Origin: Vicugna vicugna
Lineage: Eukaryota
NCBI GenBank assembly: GCA_013265495.1
Contig: MU061579.1
Coordinates: 2,353,319-2,417,318, forward strand
Direction: 5' to 3'
DNA: 64,000 nt
Below are positions 37,161-50,830 of this stretch, piece by piece. Position 1 is the first letter of the stretch. Each line of letters begins with the position of its first letter. The position numbers and the translations under genes are program-made. Under the pieces are notes generated by a model that worked only from the letters and a program-made list of their open reading frames with translations, ran no database searches and had not been told where the DNA came from.

Positions 37161-39859
37161 ATCTTCTCTTTGAAAGAACGTGCCTTTGCTGTTTACTGAC
37201 TTCTCTTTATTATCATATTGGTTTCTATAGAGTATAAAATTCTAGAACACGCATAATTGTATAGTTTCTAAGAAAGCTTTAAATAACAGTTTCAGTGTTT
37301 TCTTGCAAGTCTGTTTTGTGCATTCATTCATGGTGTTCCCCTAGACTGAGTATTTGTGATTTTATTTTATGATCTATTTTAGCAGGAGCAACCAGGTGAT
37401 AACTGGTACATTAGGTTTCTTGTCCCAACACTTCATGGGGTCATGAAATCTTTTGCTTATTTGGTTTGTCTTTTTTAAAGTCATGTGACGTATATGGCCT
37501 TCGCAGAGTGATAATCCAAAGATTATAATTTTAATTTTTTTCTAGATTTAAGCTTTAGTTTTTCTAACAGATCCTTTTGTTTTGTTCCTGAGACTGTAAT
37601 TAGCAAATATAAAATTGCATTTGTTTTTCTTTATTATAAAATTTATATAGATTGTTTCAAAGAAAAACTGTCTCCCCCTACTTCGTGTCCTGCTTTTGCA
37701 GTCAAAAGATACCTTGAGGCCAGAAAGAGAAGAAAGCATTTTGAACAAAACAAACTTAAAACAATTTTAAACTCAGTGTTACAAAATCAGAGGTTTTTTC
37801 TTTTTTTTTTTTTGAAATAATTGCATCCCCTGTAGTAGTCAAAGCATGCACATTGAAAGTGAATGTTTTTACTGATTTTTTTAATTGATTGCTGCTTTGA
37901 CTGAGCTGACCTTTGCTTTAAATCAGAATTGATTGACCAATTGAGTCAACATGGTTAAATTGGTTGTGCATATACACAGAGATTTTGTTTATTGAATTTG
38001 GGATATGCTGAGTAACATAATTTCCCTCTGCTTCTCTTCTGCTCCAGGAAACACTCTGCTTTATGATTGCATTTAATAATGTGTCAGAAAGCAAATGGAA
38101 ATAGAACCGTACACAAGGGAGAGTAACAGTGGATTCAGCAACTGTTCAAATCCAAAGAAACAATCTTTACAAATTGTTTCAGATTCACTTAGTTTGTGTA
38201 TTACACTTATGTGTTATATTAAAGATGGTATCTGAAATTTGGCTTCTGCAAAGTTATCAGAACCAAAGCCATTGGCAGTATGATAACCATCTATTTTAAC
38301 TGTATAATTTCCAACATTAAAAAAAAAGTGGAGTATATCCTAGAACAATGGGATAAATCTGAATGCACTAAGGATATTGCATTCTATCCCGGTGTTTCCA
38401 AGTCAAATTTTTATTGCTGCAACAGGGTAGCATTGTGTGCAAAAGACATGAAATAAGACATAAAAGAACCAGTATAGATTCTAAGATCTTGGTGAAGGAT
38501 GCTTCTAAAAATAATAGTTTTCTTGTTCTTTTAAAATATCTCATTTCCTTTATTTTGTCCTGGGTTTTATCATTTGGACATCAGAAACAGGTCTGAAACT
38601 CAAAAATTAATAATCAGAAGGATATGAGAGCCAGCTTTCAGAGTTCTAAAGGTAGCCTGCTTCTCAGTGCCAAAATTACAACCGATTTCATAAATTTAGT
38701 TCTCATGTTATGAACTGTAGTGCCAATGAAAATCAATAAAAACAATTTCCTTCTACATTCATGATCCTCTCATCACACTCTTTCTTCATATCCTTTCCAG
38801 AGCCATTTTGTCAAAACGCCTCAGGGCCATACAAAATGCAATTTTGTGTTTCAGTGTGTCTGTCCCATGAAACCTGATTTTTTCACATGCACTTTTGATT
38901 GGTACGAAGTGCAACAGGGGCTTTAAGCAAAATACAAATTTCATGTTTTCATAGTTTCGAAAATATTGAAGGTGGCAGGCAGTTTTGTTGCTATTCTTTG
39001 CATAAAAATTGCGGCTATGTATGATTTGTGTACTGGGTGTAGTCTATTCACATAGAGAGCATGTATGTGTGTATAATGATATGTAGGTATAATGTAATAT
39101 ATTCACTGAGTTAACCCGTGTTCAATACCTGAAAAGATACTGAGAGAATAAAGATTAAAATGCAATTCTAAAAGGAAAGACTTTGGTAAGCCCACAAATT
39201 TTAATATAGCTGAAAATGCAGATACCTTCAGAGAGATAGACTATTATTCATTCGTTCATTCTCTTATTAATTCATGTATTCATTTCTTCAAAGCATTTAG
39301 CAGAGCTGTGGGCCATGTGGATTGCTGTAACAGCAGGGAAAATACATGTATAACTTTTCTTTCAAAAAAATCCAGATATTGAGAAGATAATATAATTTTT
39401 ATGCAAGCAAGTACACAATACATCATTTCTAATGCCAACTGATTATACCATTTGATTTATGCAGTTCACCTACATTTAATTCTTAGAAACTGGTTCCTCA
39501 AAATAACTCACAAAGATTTTGCAAGGATTGAATATACTACGACGCATGCAGTGTTTAATTTAGGGCCCGACTCATTGTCAGACCCAATAAATGACAGTAG
39601 TTATTATCATTATTATTATTTTTCCAAAGCTATCCAAATGAAATATGTATTATTTTTTTTCCATTTCACAGTTGAGCACACTGATTCTCAGGTTAAGTAA
39701 CTTTTAAAAGAGATGGCACAAATGAAATGGTAGTTCTTGCAGTCAAAGCAATGGATAACTGATTTCAAAGAATGCTGTTATCTCTTTTCTGACAAGGGGA
39801 TAGCTATTCAAAGTAGTATGTTCATTATTTAAATTGCCTGTCCCACTCTATAGAATGTA

Positions 39860-40100
39860 ATGTTACCTAATATTTAATGAGCACGTATGCATTAGACATC
39901 AGCCAAGTGATTCTTGCATGTGATCTCTTCTGTGTATTATAACATCTCAATAAGCGTAGGTTTTCTGTGAATGTCAATATTTTATGGCTGAAGAAATTGA
40001 GGCCGAGAGAAGCTTAGTAATCCACCCCTAATCAAATAGCTGGTAGTCACTGGAGAAGAGATTCAACCCAGTTCCAACCGAGAAGTGCATACTACTTTTA
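39860..40100 (-). mobile_element. MIR SINE
   Basis: 'tatttaatgagcacgtatgc...tttatggctgaagaaattgaggccgagagaagcttagtaatcc...gattcaacccag'. Confidence 0.7.
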
Positions 40101-40319
40101 AGCTGGATGTTGCACCGCGCACAAAGTCCATACAAATGTGTTGAAATCTCAAGACGATTTAAATGTTTAGGGTTGATTTTACGTGACTGTTACAACACAC
40201 CATATACCCGAAAGCAGATTCTAAGACCTGATATTATGTTTGGGGCCATGTAATAATCATCAGTAGAGTTTCCAAAATGCAAAATTAGAACGTTAGGTCC
40301 TAACTCCTGGGGGCGGGGG

Positions 40320-40559
40320 AACAGCAGCCCTTGGCCTTCCTTGCTGCATTGCTTCTGTCTCTGTCCTCGCACGGTGTCCATCCTGTGCATCTGTCTTCAC
40401 ATTACCTTCTCTGTTCTTAGAAGAATACCGGTCATATTGGGTTACGGGTCCACCCTACTCCAGTGTGACCACATCTTAACTTGATTGCATTTGCAAGGAC
40501 TCGATTTCAGAGTAAGTTCACATTCTGTAAGGGGACGGGTAGTTAAGACTTCAGTATAT
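40320..40559 (-). mobile_element. MLT1 (MLT1C/D-like) LTR fragment
   Basis: 'ggtcatattgggttacgggtccaccctactccagtgtgaccacatcttaacttgattgcatttgcaagg...gttcacattctg...gttaagacttcagtatat' is the antisense MLT1 5' half. Confidence 0.85.
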
Positions 40560-40560
40560 C

Positions 40561-41229
40561 CCTTTTTTTTTTTTAATTGAAGTATAGTTGGTTTACAATG
40601 TGTTAGTTTCTGGTGTACAGCATAGTGACTCAGTTATAAATATATATATATAAACATATATTCCTTTGCATATTCGTTCTCATTACAGGCTATTACAAGG
40701 TATTGAATATAGTTCCTTGTGCCATACAGTAGGGCCTTGCTGTTTATCTATTTTACATCAGTAGTTACTATCTGCAAATCCCCAACTCCCGATTTATCCC
40801 TCCACCACCTCCATTCCCCGCTGGTAACCACAATTTTGTTTTCTACATCTATGAGTCTGTTTTGTAAATAAGTTCATCTGTGTCACTTTTTTAGATTCCA
40901 CATATAAGTGATATCATGTGGCATTTTTCTTCCTTTTTCTGGCTTGCTTTACTTAGTATGACAATTTTCAGGTCCACCGATGTTGCTGAAAATGGCATTA
41001 TTCTTTTTTATGGATGAGTAATATTCCATTGTGTGTGTGATATCTTCTTTATCCAATCTTCTGTCAATAGACATTTAAGTTGCTTCCATGATTTGGCTAT
41101 TGTAAATAGTGCTGCTATGAACTTTGGGGTGCATGTATCTTTTTGAATTAGAGTTTCCTCTGGGTATATGCTCAGGAGTGAGATTGCTGGATCGTGAGAT
41201 AAGCCTATTTTCAGTTTTTTGTGGAATCT
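40561..41229 (-). mobile_element. 5'-truncated young L1 (ORF2 C-terminus plus 3'UTR)
   Basis: Poly-T then 'aattgaagtatagttggtttacaatgtg'. The minus strand at the right end translates RFHKKLKIGLSHDPAISLLSIYPE (L1 ORF2 'FLKKLKIELPYDPAIPLLGIYP'-like). TSD gacttcagtatat (40547-40559) / gacttagtatat (41230-41241). Confidence 0.95.
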
Positions 41230-41318
41230 GACTTAGTATATTGTGAACAACTTACATTGTCATTAATGAAGATAATTACTTTTTGATTACAGTTCTCAAG
41301 TTGACTTCATTTGATTTT

Positions 41319-41469
41319 TTGTTGTTTGTTTTTTTTGTTTGGGGCTGGGGGTAATTAGGCTTATTTATTTACTTTTTATTTAGTTTTTAAAAATGGAGAT
41401 ACTGGGGATTGAACCCAGTCCCCTGTGCATGCTAATCATGCACTCTACCCCTGAGCTGTACCCTCCCCC
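41319..41469 (-). mobile_element. tRNA-Ala-derived camelid SINE (Vic-1-like)
   Basis: Minus strand GGGGGAGGGTACAGCTCAGGGGTAGAGTGCATGATTAGCATGCACAGGGGACTGGGTTCAATCCCCAGTATCTCC plus A-rich tail. TSD gacttcatttgatttt (41303-41318) / gacttactttgatttt (41472-41487). Confidence 0.92.
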
Positions 41470-43574
41470 TGGACTTACTTTGATTTTGAATGTGGCAAAG
41501 ATCTTTAATTTAGAATTCCATTTGTCAAATACTATGGTAATGTAGTTTATCGTCCTCCTGGTGCTTTTGCGAGGAAGTAAGACCCCCCACCTCGACCTGA
41601 GGGATGCTGTGTAAACCTGGTATGTTATTATATTCCTCTGGCAATGCTGGGACCCCAGACATTTGACTTGTTCTCGTCCTCTCCCCTGCATATCAGCAAT
41701 AAATATAAGATCCATGTGGCAGCTTCTGCCTGGTGTACTTGGCAGTGAGTCATCGAAACAAGCAGGAGAGCAATTCTTGGTGAGGTGGAATGAGCAGCAC
41801 TTTAATAGCAGTGCTTAGTGGGAAGGCTGTCTGAGAGGCAGAAAAGAGATTTTAAATTAAATGGACTTTACAGAAAATTGTCTTCACTTTGTGGTTTGGA
41901 GTCAGGGTTGCAATTTTCAACTTTCTTTTCCCTCACTTACCTGTTGCTAAGAGATCACATTCAAGGTAAAATTAATGCTTCTCCAATTACAAAGCACATG
42001 ACAAAAGTCAGCAGCGGAAGAGGAAATAAAGCAGGCAGTCCACGTACTGGTGAGGACTTCAGAAAAATATGTGTTATTAGAGAGAATCTTGCATACAGTA
42101 GGCGTTTAACACATGATTATTAAATTGATCAGCGGGTACTGGGTAGAAAGAGTTCAGGATCTGTCATTGTGACTGTATGCTTTTTGCCTTATCTTCTTTG
42201 TTTTTTCTTTCTTCAGCTTTTTAACTTAAGAAAACTGCAAAGTGTTCTGTCAGGCTGGAGTTGACAGTCATTATTACCCAGTAGGGTTTATCAGAATATT
42301 AACAGAAATCTCCTATGGTTCTGGAAACTGTTGGAACTAGGGGGAAAATACTTTACAGCAGGACACTTTCAAGGGTGTAATACAATTTCAGGGTTAAAAA
42401 CAGAGTTCTGCTGGTAATAGAGGGGAAACTGGGAGATAAATGATCCAGAGTGATTACATCTTAGACTTAGTACTGCCACGTTTTCCCTGAAGCGTTCTTG
42501 GAAGCTGGCATCTCGTGAGCGTTTCTTCTGGCCTCAGAAACATCACCCTGACCAATCAATGATCACCATCCAGCTCCCTATCAGCCACTTCATTCATTCA
42601 GCAAATATCCCCACCTAATTCCGGTTAGGCTTCACTTGAGTTCCAGCGCCATTACAGTGCAGCGTAAGAAGGGGCTATTTTTTCTTAAGATTCACTATCT
42701 AATTTAGGAGATAATACCTGCAAATAATTAGAAGGTAATGCTCCATTTCTCCCATGTTAAATGAAGGGCTTAGAGCTAGCTCAGCTTGAATATTGTTTTC
42801 ATAGGATGGATTTTATAAGGTAGTACCAATGGTCTATTACATAAGAATAAATGTATTCATAAGCAACTCCCTTAAAAAAAGAAAAAGACTTACAGTTCAT
42901 TTGACTCTGCCCAAACCCTGAGAAGCTTTCAGGAATTTTACATCCCTTTAATTTTTCTCTTCATATTTAATGTAAGATTAAAAACAAAGTGAGAATTCAA
43001 GTGGGAAATTAGCTCAGGTGTCATTATTAGCCATTCTCACTCACCAAAGCCATGTTCTCAGAATGTAACAGTGTCTCAAACACCTTCTAATGGGCTCTAT
43101 TAATCTGCTCTGTGCACTCCACCTTTTGGAATTTCACTATGGCATTGCTCCTGCTAGGTGCTTTGACATGAAATTTGCTTTTAAATGGGGATTAATGTGT
43201 TTTGGTCAAGCCACTGACACAGTACTTAACAACCCAAATACGCTTTTCCATATGCAGGGTGTCATCTGTGGTATCCAAGATTTTTTCATAAAGACCCAGT
43301 TGCCTCCCTTTGTGTCCTTTAACCAAAATAACAGTAGAGGAGGCACAGTGTTTCACAAACATTTTAAAGCATGTCTCTCTCAATACATGCATTCATTTAA
43401 TTCACAATTTCTTAAAGAAAAATGACTAGAGACGATAAAGAGAAATCAAAGAATAACTCTGTGGTCCACAGAGATAGTTGTACACCAGAACTAGTTGCTG
43501 GTCATGATAGAGGAGAAAAAGGACTGGTGAGAGGAGAAGTCTGGGCGTTATTCTGCTTGTCAGCACAAACACGA

Positions 43575-43635
43575 GTCTCAGCTGTCCCATCTCTAAAATA
43601 AGAGATCTGGAAGAGTTCCATGCTTTCTAAATCCA
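43575..43635 (+). mobile_element. MIR3-like fragment
   Basis: 'gtctcagctgtcccatctctaaaataagag...ctggaagagttcc'. Confidence 0.45.
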
Positions 43636-43649
43636 CTGTGCATCCATTC

Positions 43650-43790
43650 AGCTGTGAAGCATATTCAGAATACAAATACCTTAGCTCCACCGCAGTCCGG
43701 AGGAATCTGAATGTAGGATCAGTGCCCAGGAATCTGTGATTTTTGCTCCATAGCGACCTTGATGCACAACAAGGTGTGGGAACCACTCTT
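43650..43790. mobile_element. MER5A-like hAT-Charlie relic
   Basis: 'gaatctgaatgtaggatcagtgcccaggaatctgtgattttt...tgatgcacaacaaggtgtgggaaccact'. Confidence 0.7.
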
Positions 43791-43896
43791 TCAGTAATCT
43801 CTCCGATCTGTTTCAATTCAAAGCAGATATGACCCTCAAAGTCTATTTCAGAATAAATTTCATCACTGAGCTGCCATCTGCCTAATTAGGATTAAA

Positions 43897-44050
43897 GAGG
43901 CCAGACTGGAGTCTGAGCTCTACTGTTTACCAGCCTTGTGGGGCAAGACTTTAAACTGATGAGACCCAATTTCTTTCTCCAAAAAATGAGGATGGTATTG
44001 TGTTGCCAGGACTGTTGCATGTACTACAGTACTTAGTATAGTGTCAGTAA
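43897..44050 (+). mobile_element. MIR SINE
   Basis: 'gaggccagactggagtctgagctctactgtttaccagcc...cccaatttctttctccaaaaaatgaggatg'. Confidence 0.6.
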
Positions 44051-46232
44051 CTATTGGCTGGAAGGATATTGGGAGTGAAAGAGAAAAGTGTCCAGATCAC
44101 AAAGTGTAGCATTATCAAGGGACCAGAAAGAATGAAAGGAGTGAGAAGTAAAATAATGTTTGCTAAGCTTGTGTGATGTCACCAACTTAGTTCATTTTTT
44201 TATGAGTTTACAACACCTTTTTTTTTTTTAACAATTTCAATAAACCAAACAAACTTCTTCCTTTTAAGATCTGTGGGGAATCTGGATAAGTTCATTCTAA
44301 GATATAGTAGAAGATTTTCCAAGCAAGAGATATTAAGTTGTTAGAACTAAATTATACATACAATGAAATAATGAGAATAGCAAAAATTCTCCCCTATTCT
44401 GAAATAAAGACTATTTTAAGCCTCAAAGTCTGTCTCAGACCAAAAGATGCTTTTTAAATATTTGCTATCTGTTCCTTAAGGATCTCACTGATAAGAACTA
44501 TTTTTAAATATATAGTCTCTTCTACACATGGGATTACAGTTTGATACAGTCCAGACAGACTTACCTGTAGAGAGACCGAATATGGAGACAAGATATTCCA
44601 AATGTGTTGCTAGTTTTGTCTTGTGGGAAAATGGGGCTTCAATTTTTTTCTACTTTTGAAACTACAGTTCTCATAATTTTGTCTTCTTTCTTTCCTTTGA
44701 TTCTATTAACTCAAGAGAAAACAGAAAAAACATTCAGTGGCATTCAACTTACGCATTGTTGTTCTATGAAACTTCCCACACAGCAGGATGACTTGTAAGC
44801 TGAAGCTGGACAGAATGTATGGGAACTGTATTTGGCTTGTAGGGTGTAATATATACACCCTCGTACAAAGGGCATTTCAGCACAAAGAATTCAATAACCT
44901 GACACTTCTCTTGTGAAGTGCATTATTCTGCTGTAGAGAAAATTGCTATGGCCAGTTTTTTCAGTAGGATTCATTTCTCTATAATAGCCCGGCAAGGTCA
45001 GACCTCAAACGATGCTGTGACCTCCCTCGCATGCCCCCTCGTAACTACTGAGGACTGCCAGGGAGGAAGGAGGTCTCCCTAACCTGTCTGCTGGGATCCT
45101 CAAGTTTAGTTCAAGTTATAAGAAAGGAGGCTTTGGCCGCTGAACTTCACCTGCCATAGTTTTTTGTTATTGTTTCCTTAACGTCTGAGTATTTGTTCCT
45201 GGGCTGGAATATAAATAGGATAGAAGGTCCTGGAGCAGCTTCTGTGACTCATATAAGCCATAATTACACTGGCCATGCAACTATTTCCAGAACAGACAGA
45301 AGACCTATAATTCAGAGAATAACATTTGTTTTAAAATGATGGCTCCAAATACTTCCCTTGACTTTGTCCTAGAAATGTTGGAGTCACAGAAAAGATGACC
45401 TCTTTGTTAAGTACCTGTAACTTCTTAATATGTATGTGTATATTTACACATTGGTATAGCTGTTAAGTTTGAGCTAAATACTAAGCCGATAGACAATATA
45501 GATGCTCTCTATGATTTCCTCCTCTGTGTCTTTATTTTTAGAGATAAATGGGAGTTTTTAAAAAAGGGAGTTTACTTCAACCATAAGGCAGCCCTCTGCC
45601 AACTTTTGCAAAAGAGGCCCTTCGACTTTCAAGAGCCTTAATCCATGGAGGGCTTGCTTTATTCTGTTCAATCTGGGCATCAGAAACCTCATACAATTCA
45701 TTCACTTTGCTGAAATCAGCAAGTCTCCATGGTACCTCAGGCCTCAAGTTTCCTTGTGAAAACACCTGTCCCTTTCATAGGATTTAGGGCATTCTCTGTG
45801 ATCATTTGAAGAATTTTGTAGCAAAAAAATTATCAGAGAAATCCCAGCAAGAAGAAATGTGTATCACCTTGCATATCATTAAAAATAATGTTTAAGGAAA
45901 GAAAAAATGAGTTGCAATATAGTGCCTTCAAAATGACACTTTAATGACTTGCATTGCTTTAGGATAACCTCTAGCTTTTGCATAAAGTTGCAAAGCAAAT
46001 GACAGTAGAAGTTAGATGTAATTATACCCAACTTTTCTTAAAAACTGAAACCTTTCTAAGAATAAAAGTTGGGGAAATTTTTCTTTTCAGCTCACCTGTC
46101 CATCTGGCAAAACTTTTAAAAATATTTTTTCATTCTTATATTTGTTCATTTTTTTAATCTGTTCATAAGATGGCATTAGCTATATTTGGGGGTATTTGTT
46201 TTTCTTTTATTGTTTTATTTCTTTGTGTGTGT

Positions 46233-46521
46233 GTTCTAATTGATATATAATGTTATATTAACTTCAAGTGTATGACACAATGACTTGATATGAGTATATA
46301 TTGCAAAATGATCACTACAATTAGTCTAATTAACATCTGTGACCATACATGATTACAAAAAGATTTTTTTATGATGAGAAATTTTAAGACCTACTCTTTT
46401 CATAATGTTTAGATATGCAGTACAGTATTGTAAACTGCAGTCACCATGCTATACATTACAGCCCCATGACAGTAATTTTATAACTGGAAGTTTGGACCTT
46501 TGGGCCCTCTTCACCTAGTTT
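46233..46521 (-). mobile_element. L1 3' end (L1MA9-like)
   Basis: 'tatattgcaaaatgatcactacaattagtctaattaacatc...gtcaccatgctatacattacagccccatgac...ataactggaagtttg'. Confidence 0.85.
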
Positions 46522-48999
46522 GTGTATTTTGTAATAATATAATTTCATCCCAGGTTTTCTCAGTTTTAGTTCATTTTCAGTTGGCAGTTCTTTCAATCCA
46601 TCGACTCTAAGCTGAATTTCTGAGGTTTTGCCTTCTTAAAACCAAAATATTATGCAATCACCTTTCACAGCTCAAATACTTTAATTATATTATTGAGGTA
46701 CTTAATGCAACTGTTCCTGTTTTCAGTCTGAAAATAAACTGACCTAGTCAGACTTTAATTTAAAAAGGTAAAGGAAGTCCAAGCCTAAAGGGGGATTTCT
46801 TTCCATTGAAGGTGGAATTGATACGAAGTGACTTCTTGGCAAAGTGTGAAATATGCATGCGTGTGTGAGAATGACTGTTTTTGATCCGCCGTCACCTTCT
46901 ATTCTGGGTTTTCCAGAGAGTTCACGCCACCTGTAGTATGACTTATCCATTGACCAACACACATGGTCATTCAATAGTATGATTTTTAACATTCTGTTTA
47001 AACAAAATGGCCATAATTATTTAGATGGACATCTGACAATGAATACTGGTTGGATAATGTTTTTAGCATCATTGATTCAGCAAGATCCAATAATAAGACA
47101 GACTTTTTGTTGAATAGAATTCTCTCTAAGATGTTCCACACCATTAGTGGAAAGGGAGTTACTCAAGTTACACAGATACGTTCTCAAGGACATCGGTTAA
47201 TAAAACATGGACATCTGTGCCTGGGTCCTGAATGTTTATATGTAGGCATTTGCTCAAGCAAACCATTTTGCTGTATTAATTGAATGACCTTTTTATTAAA
47301 CTTAAGTTGTTGTAGACCTAGTCAGATTTTTTAAGTTAGTGTAGCCTATAGAAAATATTTCTCAAGCAGTATCAAATTATTTTATCTTTAGGATTATATA
47401 TGAAGACTATAAGAACAGACATAAAAATATCAAAAGAATACATAACCAGAAGTTACTTTTACAGAGGCGGTTTCATTTTACTTTTTTTCTCCTGAACGCT
47501 TGCATTTTAAAACTAGAACTCCATCAGATTCATGGAGATGAACAAATGTATGTATAATGCACTGTTGTAGGGAGGGACCTTTAGATGTGTACCGGACACA
47601 AGTTATATAGGGTCTTCTAAAAAAAGACATTATGTAGTATTTTGCTGAGTTTGTGCAAAATACTACAGCTTTCTCTAGGATGCCTTTCCTTTTGGAAAAG
47701 GAGCTTAATTCTGCCAAGGCAAGAGTGCAGAGCCCTTTCCTGCCCTTATTTGCTTTTAGAAACTCACACTGTCAGGTTGATAAATGAGCTTTGACAGAAG
47801 CAAAGTTAATTCAAAGCTCATTCACAGGTAGAATCATCTTTAATAGATTTTTTTTAAGTCTCTGGAAGAGGAAAATATATATAGAAAATGCATAGTATTA
47901 ATTCACGGTGAGGCTTTCCCAAAAAGCCAAAAACTCATCATCTCTCTGAAATTATATTTTAAATTTATCCTACCACACTTACATGTACGTGTCTGTCCCT
48001 TTATTTACAAACAAGGTTATTTATTTTTTTATCTATATGAAAGAAAATCAGTTATTCACCAAGAAAAAGAAGTTGGTAGAAAATATGTCTTCTGGAAGGT
48101 AACCTTTTCTAAACTGAGCACTAATGAATCCATCTTTGACTAGATCACCCTAACAGAATGATGCTTAGAAATTACAGAAAAGAGTTGAAGTTTTAACAAA
48201 CGTAGGTACATTTTCGTTCTATTCTCTCTGCTTTTGACGCTTGACAAATCAATTCATTAGTGATGAAATAATGGGGTTAAGTCTGCAGAGAGAGCTCAAT
48301 TCATTGCATTTATCCCACCCACCGTAGTTCATCTACAGAGTCGGTGCTCTGATGTCGTGAGAACATACTCCCATCATTCTCCCTGGCATAAACTCCTCAC
48401 CTTCCACTTAGGTTTGTGATATTAAGTCAGCCATTCCTTTTTCCCTTTGCACTTTTAGAAATACACAGAAATACAGCATTTAGAAAGAACTCTCCCTGCA
48501 GGGTTAAGTAGATTTCATAATTAATAGTAGAGACCAGTAATAGGCTATTTGCATTTCTGTGTATTCTGAAGCGAGTGAGAACACTTTCTTCAGTTGTTGT
48601 TACTTTTAGATTAGCTCGTATAAATAACTGCTTTTAGTACTAAACTGGTGTCAGAGCTATGACTCATTTTTACTATCTTTGTTTTTCTAAGTTTTGGAAA
48701 TGTAACAAAGCTAATTTTCTTTGGAAGACAATATTGGAGCAGTCTGAAACACACAATAAATGCACATGAGCACACTTTGAGATAAAAACAAACCTGGTAT
48801 AAAACTCTAAAGAAATCCTTTGGACAAATAAAAATGCCCAATTCGATGAAGGGTTTTGCTGGCTGTTGTCATCATTAATGGGAATAATATGTGAAATCTA
48901 TTTTCAATTTTGAAAAAATGCAAACAGGATAACATTTATAACTACATGAGTTATTCTACTGAACACTGCAGTTGCCTGACCCTAAAATATGTGCTCCTG

Positions 49000-49960
49000 T
49001 GCACAGCTGTAAGAGAGGGGGACAAAGAAAACCATATATGATCTCATTTAAAGAGCTTAGAGTTGCATTACAAGCATAAAGACTTGTGCACTAATATTTG
49101 TAATTTAACATAAACAGACCCAGTGCAGAAGAAGATGAGAAAAAAGGAAGCACTGACAATGTGTGAAGGGATACAGGAGAAGGAAGGAAGTTTCTTGGAT
49201 TAGGAGAGAGGAAAGGCTTTGTGGAGAACTGATCATTTTAGATAGGTTTTGGAAGATGTGTAAGATTTAACAGGTAGTGTCGTTAGTGGAAAGAAGCAAG
49301 TATAAGAACAGGCAACAGCATGAGTGGAGACACGAAAGCCAGAAACCTGAAGCCATCTCAGAGAGACATTTGATCTCAATCACACTACACAGAGCACGCG
49401 AGGGAACTGAATCAAATATAAGGGGAGAATGACGGCACCGTGCAGTCACCCGTCATTCACTCCTCCAACGAGTTCTTCGAGTTCTTCAATTTCCTGAGAT
49501 GAATTAGTCCCTGGGATAAACGAGTGATGCGTTCAGAAAAAAAAGCCAGTAAAATATAATGCCTGTCCAGGAGGGAATCGTTCTTTATTGTGGAATATGG
49601 AAGGAAAAACAGATAATTACAAGACCATGTGATAATTTCTTCACTTGGAGCTTTCAGAGTGTTATAAGAGTAAAACACATGTAAGTCCGTTTGGGGGAAT
49701 CAAGAAAAACTTAATGGAGAAATTGACATTTGGGCTAGATTCGGAAGGGTATGTAAATATTAAAGTGGATGGGGAGAGTGTAATATGAATTGTCAAAGCA
49801 GATGAAATAAATATTTGTAAATGAAAGCAGGTATAGAAAGGCACAATTGGTCAGGGCGGGAGACTCGAGTGCTGTGCTCAGGAGGTTGGACTTCATTCCA
49901 CAGCCTTAGGGTCTTGGCAGTTATGTAAGTAGTGAAGTCAAAGATCTTAGCTGAGCTTTG
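49000..49960 (-). mobile_element. L2 fragments, degenerate
   Basis: 'ggaatcaagaaaaacttaatggagaaattgacatttgggctagattcggaagg' and 'ggaggttggacttcattcc' are antisense L2 motifs; probably discontinuous. Confidence 0.5.
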
Positions 49961-50329
49961 GCACCTTGGGCCTTGATTTAGAGCCTACACAGACAAACAA
50001 AATGGATTGTAACATGACCAACACAATGATATCTTGTACCTTCCAAAGTATCCTAAACAAGTTTATGACTATTTCTACATAAAGTCCCCAAATCTGATCA
50101 ATCTGAAAGGAAGCACATGTACTGTTTGTAATAAAATAGTAGTTTCTCTGACCACTTTATACCAAGACTCAGTACTTCTTGATATAAATGGTTACATGGA
50201 AGGATGGTCCCACAGTATTCATATATAATTTTATACAACAAAATATAGTATTTGTTTTAAGTAGGTAAATCATAATCCCTTTCAACATAGATATTCAATT
50301 CTTTGGGTCAAATCTTCTAATCCGTCTCT

Positions 50330-50830
50330 CTGAGAATGAGATCAAAATTCCTTGATCCAAAATGCCTTATAAATATTCCAGTACCTGAACCCTGCCTAAT
50401 CCTGACCTCTTCTCCTGTCATCCTCTTCTGGGCTCTCTGTGTTCCAACCACACTACCATTCTATCTAGTCGTCAAACACACCAAGCTTCACACCCCAGGC
50501 CCTTTGCACTTGCTCTTCCTACTGCCCACATTCTTTCTCCCCAAGATGGCTATAACTGTTTTGTCTTTCAGATCCCAAGACAAATGTCTAAATTAGATAG
50601 GGACACTCTCCAACCCCAAAGCCCCAGTCACACTCAACCGCATCACCCCTCTCCTCTGAAATCATTCCATTTATCTCTTTGCTTATGTACTTACTCTGCC
50701 TCCTCCTACCTTTCGTCATCACCACACACACACTAGATTGCAAAATATGAGAGCAAGTAACTTGCCCACATAGCTCATAACTGTTTTCATGTGGGCCTAG
50801 GACAATAGGTGTTCAGTTGATTGAATGCAG
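50330..50830 (+). mobile_element. L2 3' portion
   Basis: 'caaacacaccaagctt...ccaggcctttgcacttgctcttcctactgcc' through 'aggtgttcagttgattgaatg'. Confidence 0.7.
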
